This document shows, in pieces, positions 1 through 9,459 of a stretch of DNA of 64,000 bases; position 1 is the stretch's first letter, and each line of letters begins with the position of its first letter. The stretch is from an uncultured Acetatifactor sp. GTDB lineage: Bacteria > Bacillota > Clostridia > Lachnospirales > Lachnospiraceae. The DNA is taken from positions 11,427-75,426 of the forward strand of contig CANPYG010000002.1 in the NCBI GenBank assembly GCA_947588205.1, in the 5' to 3' direction. Below the pieces are notes generated by a model. That model worked only from the letters and a program-made list of their open reading frames with translations. It did not search any database and was not told the DNA's origin. Position numbers and translations under genes: made by a program.

Positions 1-851
1 CCTATCACCGCCGGGGCATCCAATCCATCGCTTAATTCTCCTCCATATTCCCCTGAAAATTCTTCCAGTTTCCGGAAACTATAGCCATTATTCAGGACAA
101 CTTCCCAGACCTCCCAACTATTCATTCCCCTTATTCCTTCTGCAGCATAGTAGATTCTTTCGTCACCACAACGCAGCAGGGCTTCCTGGTAACTGCTGCC
201 AGTGTCTCCCTCCCGACCGTACTCATCGGTAGGAATCTGATCCGTCACCTTTCCCTGGGAATCCACAACATATATTACTCCTCCCAGCAGCACATACGCA
301 TTTCCTTTCTTGTCAGCCTGGACGGACACTCCCAGCATTCCTTCGTAAAGATCACCCTTCATGTCGCCAAAGTTCGCTTCATAAAGCCTTGAGCCATCCT
401 TCCCGACCCCCACCAGCTTCTTGCCTACAATTGAGCTCTGATATTGAGAATTCGATTGGTAGGTACATTCAAAGATATAGCAGTTCCCATTGCCATCTAC
501 CGCAAAATCTGAGATATACTGCCCAGAATAAAGAGTTTTCGTTTCCTTTTCCAAAATCCACTCTTCTTCGGTATCCCCCGTCAGGACTTTTTCTCCGGAC
601 AGCAATGCTTCGTCCAATGGAACCCGCTTCAGGGCAGAACCCTCCACATAGTATAAACAGCCGTTCTCGAACTCGCACCTGAAATACGTATCAGAGGGCA
701 GGGCAACTTCCCCGCAAATCTGGTAGATATACCCGTCCACTCCTATCTGGCGGCTCTTCCCCGCATCCTTCCCGCAGGCAGCCAGGGCGCATAAAAGCGA
801 GATCAGGATCCCCGTCAAAACAGATATTTTAACAGACAGCTTTTTTCTCAT
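1..851 (-). CDS. Large lipoprotein, N-terminal part only (runs off the window edge)
   Basis: Translated by hand: ATG at 851 after GGAGG gives MRKKLSVKISVLTGILISLLCALAAC-GKD (lipobox LAAC), open to base 1. Absent from the ORF track because there is no stop in the window. Confidence 0.8.
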   Translation of the reverse strand, partial: MRKKLSVKISVLTGILISLLCALAACGKDAGKSRQIGVDGYIYQICGEVALPSDTYFRCEFENGCLYYVEGSALKRVPLDEALLSGEKVLTGDTEEEWILEKETKTLYSGQYISDFAVDGNGNCYIFECTYQSNSQYQSSIVGKKLVGVGKDGSRLYEANFGDMKGDLYEGMLGVSVQADKKGNAYVLLGGVIYVVDSQGKVTDQIPTDEYGREGDTGSSYQEALLRCGDERIYYAAEGIRGMNSWEVWEVVLNNGYSFRKLEEFSGEYGGELSDGLDAPAVI

Positions 852-933
852 TTTTCACATAACCTCCCCTTTTCTAAAATATCCTGCATGTTTGACTGTT
901 CCGCAAACATGCAGGACTGTCACTCGACAGGGA

Positions 934-1335
934 TTACCATGGGGCTACATGATAACCCGTCTGCTCATATTTACATGCAAGTGCTACCCGCTCACTATGC
1001 CCGCATACCCCACAATGGAGGATAAAATAATGGAACAAGCCCTCATGACCAGCATTCTCAAAGGAAGTATAGCTGTGAGATTGGTAATCACCATAGTCCT
1101 CTTCAATCCCCATATCACGGGAACATACCTTACAGAACACTTGATATGTTCCCAAAAGCGCATGGCTAGTTCCACGGTCCACAAACTTACTATCAGGATA
1201 AGGCTTAAAGGAATTATTGTTTCTCTCTCCCACACATAAATGCCCATTTACGGATGCGCTTACTCCAATGGAATTTATCAGTAAAACAGCTGCGCAGCAG
1301 ACTACTAATAATATATTTTTTACAAAAACTCTCAT
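934..1335 (-). CDS. Small secreted Cys/His-rich protein
   Basis: Signal peptide ending VSA; CKVC and HCGVCGH motifs; co-oriented with the lipoprotein. Confidence 0.75.
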   Translation of the reverse strand: MRVFVKNILLVVCCAAVLLINSIGVSASVNGHLCVGERNNNSFKPYPDSKFVDRGTSHALLGTYQVFCKVCSRDMGIEEDYGDYQSHSYTSFENAGHEGLFHYFILHCGVCGHSERVALACKYEQTGYHVAPW

Positions 1336-1484
1336 CCTTGGCCTCTCTTTCTTTTAATTTAACATATTTCGCATTTTTCTGCAACATTATAGAACTTTTT
1401 CTTTCCTAATTGTTCATCTCCTAATTTCCACTAGGTTCCCCATTGGACTCATCTCTCTCCTGTCTTTATTTCCTAGACGAATAT

Positions 1485-1564
1485 ATTTTAACATTTAATT
1501 TAATATTTGTCAATATTATATCGCGGTGTATAGTATTGACAATGATAAATAATTATGTTAAATT
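1485..1564. promoter_or_regulatory. Mirror-symmetric divergent sigma-A promoters with a 14-bp palindromic operator
   Basis: Plus: TTGACA 1536-1541, 17 bp, TG-n-TAAATT 1559-1564. Minus: TTGACA 1508-1513, 17 bp, TG-n-TAAAAT 1485-1490. Inverted repeat 1507-1520 / 1529-1542. Confidence 0.7.
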
Positions 1565-1584
1565 TATTTAATAGGTGACAAAAT

Positions 1585-1932
1585 ATGGCTATCTTAGATA
1601 ATTTAAAAAGGGGAACGATTGAATTATCTGTTCTCACATTACTGCTGAAAAACGACATGTACGGATATGAGATCTCCCAGCAGCTTTCCCTCCAGAGCGG
1701 AGGATTATACCAGATCCAGGAAAGCTCCTTATATCCATCCCTTTATCGTATGGTGGAAAAAGGACTCATATCCGACAGGATGGAGAAGGTCGGTAAGAGA
1801 CGTGTCAGAGTCTATTATCATATAGAACCCTGTGGGGAAGAATACCTCAGGGAACTCAGACGCGGATATCTCTCCCACACAGCCGGAGTCCTGAGGATAT
1901 TAGGGGTAAAAGATATTGAGGGGGAACTATAA
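1585..1932 (+). CDS. PadR-family transcriptional regulator
   Basis: LKRGTIELSVL, MYGYEI, SLYPSLYRM and RRVRVYYHI winged-HTH motifs; 115 aa. Confidence 0.93.
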   Translation: MAILDNLKRGTIELSVLTLLLKNDMYGYEISQQLSLQSGGLYQIQESSLYPSLYRMVEKGLISDRMEKVGKRRVRVYYHIEPCGEEYLRELRRGYLSHTAGVLRILGVKDIEGEL

Positions 1933-2325
1933 ATGACATCAAAACACAAACTGATCAGGGAGTATTTGAAGAAAGCCCAAAAAAACTGTCCGCGTAAGCT
2001 GAGGAAGCATCTTGACAACGGATTGAAGTACAGCTTAAGTGAATTCTGCGATTCACAAGGCGATGTCACAATGGAAGAAATAGAAGAAAAATTCGGGAAA
2101 CCGGAGCAGTATGCGGCAGAATACCTTTCTTTGTGCGATACGGAGGTTATCACAAAAAGGCTTTTCAACTCAAAAAGGACAAAACTTACAGTGCTCCTTG
2201 TGGTAATTGTTTTTTTCATCGCCACGGCAGGAACTATGGTATATATTATTAAATGGAACGAAAACTCACATTTGACATATATTTATGATATGATGGGGGA
2301 GGTCTATCATGAAAAAAATGATTAA
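1933..2325 (+). CDS. HAAS/DUF1700-like single-pass membrane protein (PadR partner)
   Basis: Helical N-domain with FGKPEQYAAEY motif, then one TM helix; starts immediately after the padR stop. Confidence 0.7.
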   Translation: MTSKHKLIREYLKKAQKNCPRKLRKHLDNGLKYSLSEFCDSQGDVTMEEIEEKFGKPEQYAAEYLSLCDTEVITKRLFNSKRTKLTVLLVVIVFFIATAGTMVYIIKWNENSHLTYIYDMMGEVYHEKND

Positions 2326-2818
2326 AAAGCTTATTGCTGTGCTTTCCTTGGTTCTTTTATCCACTATGCCCACTGTCCAGGCGGAGGGATTGGATTTCGC
2401 TCCTTCGGAGTCGGAATTGATAGGGGAAGAAACCTTCCAAAAGGATGACTTATATATTACAGTCTCGCTTTATGAAGTGAAAAACCCGATAAAAGAAGCC
2501 ACGCTTTTCTCCAATACTTATGAAAAATCAGGCAAAAGAACCTACACCGCTGCAAATGCTGATCACAAGACCCTATTCACCTTTACAGTGTACGGAACCT
2601 TCTCCATAAACCCAGGAGTTTCCGCCGTATGCACAAAATCTTCCTGTTCATATACGATAGCCAATAACGCCTGGAAACTGGAAAACTCCTCTTCTTTTTG
2701 TTCAGGGAATCAGGCTATTGCCGATGCAGAGTTTGTAAAAAAATTATTATCTATAACCGTAGAAAAATACAACGCCCACGTTGTATTAACCTGTGATGCC
2801 AACGGAAATTTTTCATAA
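2309..2818 (+). CDS. Secreted hypothetical protein
   Basis: Signal peptide ending VQA; beta-rich mature region with several Cys; overlaps the upstream gene. Confidence 0.75.
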   Translation: MKKMIKKLIAVLSLVLLSTMPTVQAEGLDFAPSESELIGEETFQKDDLYITVSLYEVKNPIKEATLFSNTYEKSGKRTYTAANADHKTLFTFTVYGTFSINPGVSAVCTKSSCSYTIANNAWKLENSSSFCSGNQAIADAEFVKKLLSITVEKYNAHVVLTCDANGNFS

Positions 2819-2882
2819 TCCCATCAATACAGGGCGCTTAACCATCATGGAATATGATGTGTGCGCCGCCAGGCGCACCACA

Positions 2883-2946
2883 GTAACAAAGAGACGGCAC
2901 CGCGTATGCAGGCTTTCCTGCCCATGCGGCGCCGTTCCTTTGTTTA
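2883..2946. terminator. Imperfect hairpin between convergent genes
   Basis: aacaaag-agacggcaccgc ... gcggcgccgt-tcctttgtt. Confidence 0.45.
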
Positions 2947-2959
2947 CCGTCTCCCTATA

Positions 2960-4450
2960 CTATACCACCAGGTTGGAATATCCCATGAGGCTTTCATCCA
3001 CCGCCCTGGCTACCTCCCTGCCTTCCCGGATCGCCCAGACCACCAGGGACTGGCCTCTGTGCATGTCGCCGGTAACGAAGATATTCTCCACGCTGGTGCG
3101 GTACTGTCCGGGCGCAGTCTTCACATTGGTGCGCTCGTTTAACTCTACGCCGAAGGCTTCCGCCACATAACGCTGGGCTCCCAGAAATCCTGCCGCGATG
3201 AGCACGATATCCGCCGGAAGAACCGTTTCACTGCCCGGAATCTCCTTCATATTCATGCGGCCTGTGGCAGGATCCTTCTCCCAGGACAGCTTCACGATTT
3301 TCACGCCGTGCAAATTTCCGTCCTGATCCTTCAGAAACTCCTTTACCGTAGCTTCATAGATCCTGGGGTCATGACCGAAGAGGGCGATCGCCTCCTCCTG
3401 TCCGTAATCCGTCTTGCAGATTTTGGGCCACTCCGGCCAGGGGTTATTCTCCGCCCTTTTATCAGGCGCCTTCGGCATCATCTCAATCTGGGTCACGGAT
3501 CTGCAGCCGTGGCGGATGCTGGTGCCCACGCAGTCATTGCCGGTATCCCCGCCTCCGATGATCACCACGTCCTTATCCTTTGTATCCACGTACTTTTTAT
3601 TAGCAAAATCCGAATCCAACAAGCTCTTCGTATTCGCCTTGAGGAAATCCACCGCGAAATAGATTCCCTTTGCGTCCCTCCCGGGCGCCTTGATATCCCT
3701 GGGATTGGAGGCGCCGCAGGCAAGGATCACCCGGTCAAAATCGTGGAGAAGCTTATCCGCTTTCATATCCTTTCCCACATCCACGCCGGGAACAAAGACC
3801 ACGCCTTCCTCCTCCATGACCTTAAGCTTGCGCTCTACGATCCGTTTTTCCAGCTTCATATTGGGGATGCCGTACATCAACAGTCCGCCGATACGGTCGG
3901 AACGCTCAAAGACCGTCACCTGATGCCCCCTTTTGTTGAGCTGGTCCGCCGCCGCCAGGCCGGAGGGACCGCTCCCCACGACCGCCACCCTTTTGCCGGT
4001 GCGCACCTTGGGCGGCTTCGGGGCGGCATAGCCCTGCTCATAGGCGTTTTCAATGATGGCGTATTCATTTTCCTTGGTGGACACCGGATCCCCGTTTAAG
4101 CCGCAGGTACACGCCGCCTCGCACAGCGCGGGGCATACCCTGGAGGTGAATTCCGGGAAATTATTCGTTTTCTTCAATCTGTTGTAGGCCTGCTTCCAGT
4201 TTCCTGTATAAACCAGATCGTTCCACTCCGGCACCAGATTGTGCAGGGGGCATCCGCTGGCCATGCCGCAGAGCACCATTCCTGACTGACAAAACGGCAC
4301 GCCGCATTCCATGCACCGAGCGCCCTGAAGCTGCTGCTGCTCCTGGGGCAGATGCTCCTTAAATTCCCTGAAATGGCTGACCCTCGTCCTCGGATCCTCC
4401 TCTTTGCTGACCACTCTCTTATATTCCATAAATCCAGTCGGTTTTCCCAT
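2960..4450 (-). CDS. gltD: Glutamate synthase small subunit
   Basis: MGKPTGF start after an SD; CMECGVPFC and CPALCEAAC Fe-S motifs; GSGPSG and GGGDTG dinucleotide motifs. Confidence 0.97.
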   Translation of the reverse strand: MGKPTGFMEYKRVVSKEEDPRTRVSHFREFKEHLPQEQQQLQGARCMECGVPFCQSGMVLCGMASGCPLHNLVPEWNDLVYTGNWKQAYNRLKKTNNFPEFTSRVCPALCEAACTCGLNGDPVSTKENEYAIIENAYEQGYAAPKPPKVRTGKRVAVVGSGPSGLAAADQLNKRGHQVTVFERSDRIGGLLMYGIPNMKLEKRIVERKLKVMEEEGVVFVPGVDVGKDMKADKLLHDFDRVILACGASNPRDIKAPGRDAKGIYFAVDFLKANTKSLLDSDFANKKYVDTKDKDVVIIGGGDTGNDCVGTSIRHGCRSVTQIEMMPKAPDKRAENNPWPEWPKICKTDYGQEEAIALFGHDPRIYEATVKEFLKDQDGNLHGVKIVKLSWEKDPATGRMNMKEIPGSETVLPADIVLIAAGFLGAQRYVAEAFGVELNERTNVKTAPGQYRTSVENIFVTGDMHRGQSLVVWAIREGREVARAVDESLMGYSNLVV

Positions 4451-4466
4451 GATAATCTCCTTCTCC

Positions 4467-7400
4467 TTACTCATGCCTCGTATTGGCGTAAAAGGCTTCG
4501 ATCTGCGCCTGCTCCGCACTCAGCCCCTTTTCCTCCATCTGTACGATGGTCTTCAGAACCCTTTCATAGTCATGGGGAATGATCTTCTTGAACTTCGGCA
4601 GATACTCTCCGAAGTGCTCCAGAATTTCTTTCCCTTTGGCGGAATTGGTGAGGGTCACATGCTCCCTGATCATATCCTTCAGCTCAAGCACATCATATTT
4701 ATTGGTGATCTCATAAGAGGAAACCATTTCTTTGTTCAGACGCATATACAGGTCATTGTGCTCATCCAGCACATAAGCGATGCCGCCGCTCATGCCCGCG
4801 GCGAAATTCTTGCCGGTGGGGCCTAAGACCACCACCCTGCCGCCGGTCATGTACTCGCAGCCGTGGTCCCCGACTCCCTCCACTACGGCAATGGCGCCGG
4901 AATTACGCACGCAGAAGCGCTCCCCTGCCACACCGTTGATAAAAGCCTTTCCGCTGGTTGCCCCGTACAGGGCGACGTTGCCAATGATGATATTTTCCTC
5001 CGCCTTAAAGACACTGCCCTTTGGAGGATAGACAATGAGCTTCCCTCCGGAAAGCCCTTTTCCAAAGTAGTCGTTGCTGTCACCGATAAGCTCCAGGGTC
5101 AGGCCCTTCGGGATAAAAGCGCCGAAGGACTGTCCGCCAGCCCCTTTGCAGAGCACATGGAAAGTGTCCTCCTCCACATGATCTCCCATCCGCTTTGTGA
5201 TTTCGCTGCCGAAAATGGTTCCAAAGGCGCGGTCCGTATTGGATACATCCACCTCGATGCTGCGCTTTGCCCCTGTCTCCATGCTTTTGCCGAATTTCTT
5301 CAGCAATACCCGTTCGTCCAGGGTCTTTTCCAGTTCGAAATCAAAAACCTGTTTGGGATCAAAGGTGACCTTCTCTTTCGCTCCCGCGTAGGGATTGGAA
5401 AGAATCCGGGACAGATCCACCTCCTGCTGACGGCCCGTCAGGCCTTCTTTTCTTTTTAACAGATCGGTCCTGCCCACCATCTGGTCCACAGTGCGCATTC
5501 CGAGCCTCGCCATATATTCCCGCAATTCCTGGGCGATGAACCGCATGAAGTTTTCCACATACTCCGGCTTACCGCGGAAATTCTTCCTAAGCTCCGGATT
5601 CTGGGTTGCCACCCCAACCGGACAGGTATCCAGGTTGCAGACCCTCATCATCACACAGCCCATGGTCACAAGGGGCGCGGTGGCGAAACCGAATTCTTCC
5701 GCGCCGAGCAGGGCAGCGATGGCGACGTCCCGCCCGCTCATCAGCTTACCGTCCGTCTCAATGCGCACCTTACCCCGCAGACCGTTCATTATTAGGGTCT
5801 GGTGCGTCTCCGCCAGCCCCAGCTCCCAGGGCAGGCCGGCATTGTGGATGGAGCTTCTGGGCGCCGCGCCGGTGCCTCCGTCATAGCCGGATATCAGGAC
5901 CACCTGTGCCCCTGCCTTCGCCACGCCTGCGGCGACGGTCCCAACGCCCGCTTCGGACACCAGCTTTACGGAGATCCTGGCGTCCTTATTGGAATTTTTC
6001 AAATCATAGATCAGTTGGGCGAGGTCCTCTATGGAATAAATATCATGGTGGGGCGGCGGTGAGATCAGCGATACTCCCGGCGTGGAATGCCTGGTCTTTG
6101 CGATCCATGGATAGACCTTTCCCCCGGGCAGATGCCCGCCCTCTCCCGGCTTCGCGCCCTGCGCCATTTTAATCTGGATCTCCTTCGCGCTCACGAGATA
6201 ACGGCTGGTCACGCCAAAGCGTCCGCTTGCTACCTGTTTGATGGCGGAGCAGCGGTTCAGTCCGTCCGGCCCTACGGTGAGCCTTTCTAAATCCTCGCCG
6301 CCTTCTCCCGAATTGCTCTTCCCATGGAGACGGTTCATGGCGATGGCCATGGTCTCATGGGCTTCCTTGGAAATGGAGCCGTAGGACATCGCCCCTGTTT
6401 TAAAGCGCGTCACGATGGATTCCACGCTTTCCACCTCTTCAATGGGGATTCCCTTCTTCGGATAATTGAAATCCATCAGCCCCCTCAGGTTCTTGATGGA
6501 ATTTTCATCATTCACCAGGGCGGTATACTGCTTGAACATCTGGTAATCGCCCCGTCTGGTAGATTCCTGGAGCATATGGATGGTAGCGGGGTTATAGAGA
6601 TGGTCGTCTCCGCCGCTCCTCATCTTATGATGTCCCGGACTGTCCAGGGTCAGGTCGTTGCCCAGCCCCAACGGATCGAACGCCATGGAATGCAGCTCAT
6701 CCACCTGTTTTTCGATATCCTTCAGGGTAATGCCCCCCACGCGGCAGACCGTATTGCAGAAATACCGGTTAATCACCTCCGGATCGATGCCGATGGCTTC
6801 AAAAATCTGGGCGCCCTGATAGGACTGAATGGTGCTGATCCCCATTTTGGAAGCGATCTTGACGATCCCGTGGAGCACCGCATTGTTGTAATCATCCACC
6901 GCTGCGTAATAATCCTTATCCAGCATGTGGTTGTCAATCAGCTCCTTTATGGTATCCTGTGCGAGATACGGGTTGATCGCGCATGCGCCATAGCCGAGCA
7001 GGGCGGCGAAATGGTGTACCTCCCTGGGCTCCCCGGATTCCAGGATCAGGGCGACCCTGGTGCGCTTCTTGGTGCGGACCAGATACTGGTTCAGGGCGGA
7101 CACCGCAAGCAGGGAGGGGATCGCAACGTGGTTCTCATCCACGCCCCTGTCGGAAAGGATCAGAATATTCACGCCGTCGCGATAGGCGCGGTCCACCTCC
7201 ACAAAAAGCCTGTCAATCGCTCTTTCCAGGCTGGTATTTTTATAATAGGTAATGGGAACGACCTCCACCTTGAAGCCGTCCACCTTCATATTCTTTATTT
7301 TTAAAAGATCCGTGTTGGTCAGGATCGGGTTGTTCACCTTCAGGACGTTACAGTTCCCCGGCGATTCCTCCAGAAGGTTTCCTTCCGCGCCGATGTAGAC

Positions 7401-9017
7401 GGTTGTGGAGGTCACCACTTCCTCCCGGATCGCATCGATGGGCGGGTTCGTCACCTGGGCAAAGAGCTGTTTGAAGTAATCAAACAGAGGCGGATGGGTC
7501 TTGCTCAACACCGCCAAAGGCGTATCCACGCCCATGGCGGCAATGGCCTCTGATCCGTTTTTCGCCATGGGGAGGATGCTGGTCTTCAAATCGTCATAGG
7601 TATAGCCAAAGGCCTTCTGCATCCTCTGACGCTCCTCATAGGTGTATTCCGGCACCCTCTGATTGGGGATCTTCAGGTTTTTCAGCATGACAAGGTTGCC
7701 GTCCAGCCATTCGCCATAGGGCTGTCTGGAAGCATAACCCTCCTTCAGGCGGTCGTCGTCCACCACTTCCCCCTTTATCGTGTCCACCAGAAGCATCTTT
7801 CCCGGGCGCAGCCTGTTTTTCTCCCTGATCTTACCGGGATCGATATCCAGCACGCCCACCTCGGAGGAAAGGATGAGCTGGTCGTCCGTGGTAATCATAT
7901 ACCGGGAAGGCCGAAGTCCGTTACGGTCCAGCACAGCCCCAAGGATATCGCCGTCAGAGAACAAAATAGAAGCAGGCCCATCCCAGGGCTCCATCATGGT
8001 GGCATAATACTGATAAAAATCTTTTTTTGACTGGGACATGGTTTTATTGTTGGCCCAGGGCTCCGGAATGGCGATCATCACCGCCAGGGGAAGATCCATG
8101 CCGCTCATCACCAGAAACTCAAGCATGTTGTCCAGCATGGCGGAATCGGAGCCCGTCTTGCTGATGGCGGGGAGCACCTTGTGAAGCTGGCCCTTTAAAT
8201 GCTCCGAGGCCATGTTTTCCTCTCTGGCAAGCATCTTATCCGCGTTGCCCCGGATCGTATTGATCTCTCCGTTATGTACGATAAAGCGGTTCGGGTGCGC
8301 CCTCTCCCAGCTGGGCGTCGTATTGGTGGAAAATCTGGAATGCACCACAGCGATGGCAGACTCATAATCCCCGCTCTGCAGATCGGCGAAGAAGGTGCGC
8401 AGCTGCCCCACCAGGAACATACCCTTATAAACAATGGTCCTGCTGCTTAAGGACACCACATAGGTATCGTCCGAGGACTGCTCGAAGACACGCCTGGCAA
8501 TATAGAGTCTTCTGTCAAACGCAAGACCCTTCTCCACTCCGGCAGGCTTCTTCACAAAGGCCTGCATGATATAAGGCATACACTCCACCGCCTTATGCCC
8601 CAGCACATTGGGGAACGTCGGGACCTCCCTCCATCCCAGGAACTTAAGCCCTTCTTTTTCCACAATGATCTCAAACATCTTCTTGGCCTGATTGCGCCTA
8701 AGCTCCTCCTGGGGGAAGAAAAACATGCCCACGCCGTACTCCCTTTCCCCGCCGATTTCAATGCCCAGGGGCTTTGTCACCCGGGTAAAAAACTTATGGG
8801 GTATCTGCGTCAGGATCCCTACGCCGTCCCCGGTTTTGCCTTCCGCATCCCTGCCGGCGCGGTGCTCCAGGTTTTCTACGATCTTCAGGGCGTTCTCCAC
8901 CGTTTCCCGGCTCTTCAGCCCTTTAATATTCACGCACGCACCAATTCCGCAGTTATCATGCTCAAACTGCTCCTGGTACAACGGCGCCCTCTGACGCCCA
9001 TTTCCTGCTGTAAACAT
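4467..9017 (-). CDS. gltB: Glutamate synthase large subunit
   Basis: HDNCGIG N-terminal Cys, HSRFSTNT, HNGEINT, EPWDGP, MAQGAKPGEGG and CHLxxC-type (CNLDTC) motifs; AAAGGAG SD before ATG 9017. Confidence 0.98.
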   Translation of the reverse strand: MFTAGNGRQRAPLYQEQFEHDNCGIGACVNIKGLKSRETVENALKIVENLEHRAGRDAEGKTGDGVGILTQIPHKFFTRVTKPLGIEIGGEREYGVGMFFFPQEELRRNQAKKMFEIIVEKEGLKFLGWREVPTFPNVLGHKAVECMPYIMQAFVKKPAGVEKGLAFDRRLYIARRVFEQSSDDTYVVSLSSRTIVYKGMFLVGQLRTFFADLQSGDYESAIAVVHSRFSTNTTPSWERAHPNRFIVHNGEINTIRGNADKMLAREENMASEHLKGQLHKVLPAISKTGSDSAMLDNMLEFLVMSGMDLPLAVMIAIPEPWANNKTMSQSKKDFYQYYATMMEPWDGPASILFSDGDILGAVLDRNGLRPSRYMITTDDQLILSSEVGVLDIDPGKIREKNRLRPGKMLLVDTIKGEVVDDDRLKEGYASRQPYGEWLDGNLVMLKNLKIPNQRVPEYTYEERQRMQKAFGYTYDDLKTSILPMAKNGSEAIAAMGVDTPLAVLSKTHPPLFDYFKQLFAQVTNPPIDAIREEVVTSTTVYIGAEGNLLEESPGNCNVLKVNNPILTNTDLLKIKNMKVDGFKVEVVPITYYKNTSLERAIDRLFVEVDRAYRDGVNILILSDRGVDENHVAIPSLLAVSALNQYLVRTKKRTRVALILESGEPREVHHFAALLGYGACAINPYLAQDTIKELIDNHMLDKDYYAAVDDYNNAVLHGIVKIASKMGISTIQSYQGAQIFEAIGIDPEVINRYFCNTVCRVGGITLKDIEKQVDELHSMAFDPLGLGNDLTLDSPGHHKMRSGGDDHLYNPATIHMLQESTRRGDYQMFKQYTALVNDENSIKNLRGLMDFNYPKKGIPIEEVESVESIVTRFKTGAMSYGSISKEAHETMAIAMNRLHGKSNSGEGGEDLERLTVGPDGLNRCSAIKQVASGRFGVTSRYLVSAKEIQIKMAQGAKPGEGGHLPGGKVYPWIAKTRHSTPGVSLISPPPHHDIYSIEDLAQLIYDLKNSNKDARISVKLVSEAGVGTVAAGVAKAGAQVVLISGYDGGTGAAPRSSIHNAGLPWELGLAETHQTLIMNGLRGKVRIETDGKLMSGRDVAIAALLGAEEFGFATAPLVTMGCVMMRVCNLDTCPVGVATQNPELRKNFRGKPEYVENFMRFIAQELREYMARLGMRTVDQMVGRTDLLKRKEGLTGRQQEVDLSRILSNPYAGAKEKVTFDPKQVFDFELEKTLDERVLLKKFGKSMETGAKRSIEVDVSNTDRAFGTIFGSEITKRMGDHVEEDTFHVLCKGAGGQSFGAFIPKGLTLELIGDSNDYFGKGLSGGKLIVYPPKGSVFKAEENIIIGNVALYGATSGKAFINGVAGERFCVRNSGAIAVVEGVGDHGCEYMTGGRVVVLGPTGKNFAAGMSGGIAYVLDEHNDLYMRLNKEMVSSYEITNKYDVLELKDMIREHVTLTNSAKGKEILEHFGEYLPKFKKIIPHDYERVLKTIVQMEEKGLSAEQAQIEAFYANTRHE

Positions 9018-9066
9018 TTCACTTCTCCTTTCGGCTGGCATAAACCTTTTTCCTTTCGGCTGCCAT

Positions 9067-9109
9067 AAAAAAAGGTCGCAAAGAAAACCTCCGCTCCTTT
9101 GCGACCTTT
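9067..9109 (-). terminator. Intrinsic terminator in the gltB 5' leader (attenuator)
   Basis: 13-bp perfect stem 9071-9083 / 9097-9109 followed by a U-tract on the minus strand, between the promoter and the gltB start. Confidence 0.75.
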
Positions 9110-9112
9110 CTT

Positions 9113-9141
9113 ACTATACACCAAAATCCCGAATCTGTAAA
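9113..9141 (-). promoter_or_regulatory. sigma-A promoter for gltBD
   Basis: TTTACA, 17 bp, TATAGT. Confidence 0.6.
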
Positions 9142-9459
9142 TATCTTTTTTTACGATTATTGTCAGATTATTTGACACAATACCATGAAAGGAACAAATT
9201 TACAGTCAAAAGATAGAAATTGTATCCCAAAGAGAACAATAAACTCAAATTTATTTGTGAATTTAAAATTTCAGAAATTTTATGGCGGAATTAATTTTCA
9301 TTCATTTTTGTAACGAATCTGTAATAAATTGTAATTTTTTCGTATTTAACTATTGAATATTTGTTCCTGACATGCTAGAATAACTTTTGAGGGAAAATCT
9401 GGAATGTTTTTTCCTTTCCGCAAAAGAATCAGTTCATAAAGTCGTAGCAGGTACACGCG

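Noticed and set aside
3308-9068. Many long plus-strand ORFs opposite gltB/gltD, and similar ones opposite aspS, recQ, relA and others
   Set aside because: Antisense shadows of GC-biased coding genes, with no SD and no recognisable motifs.
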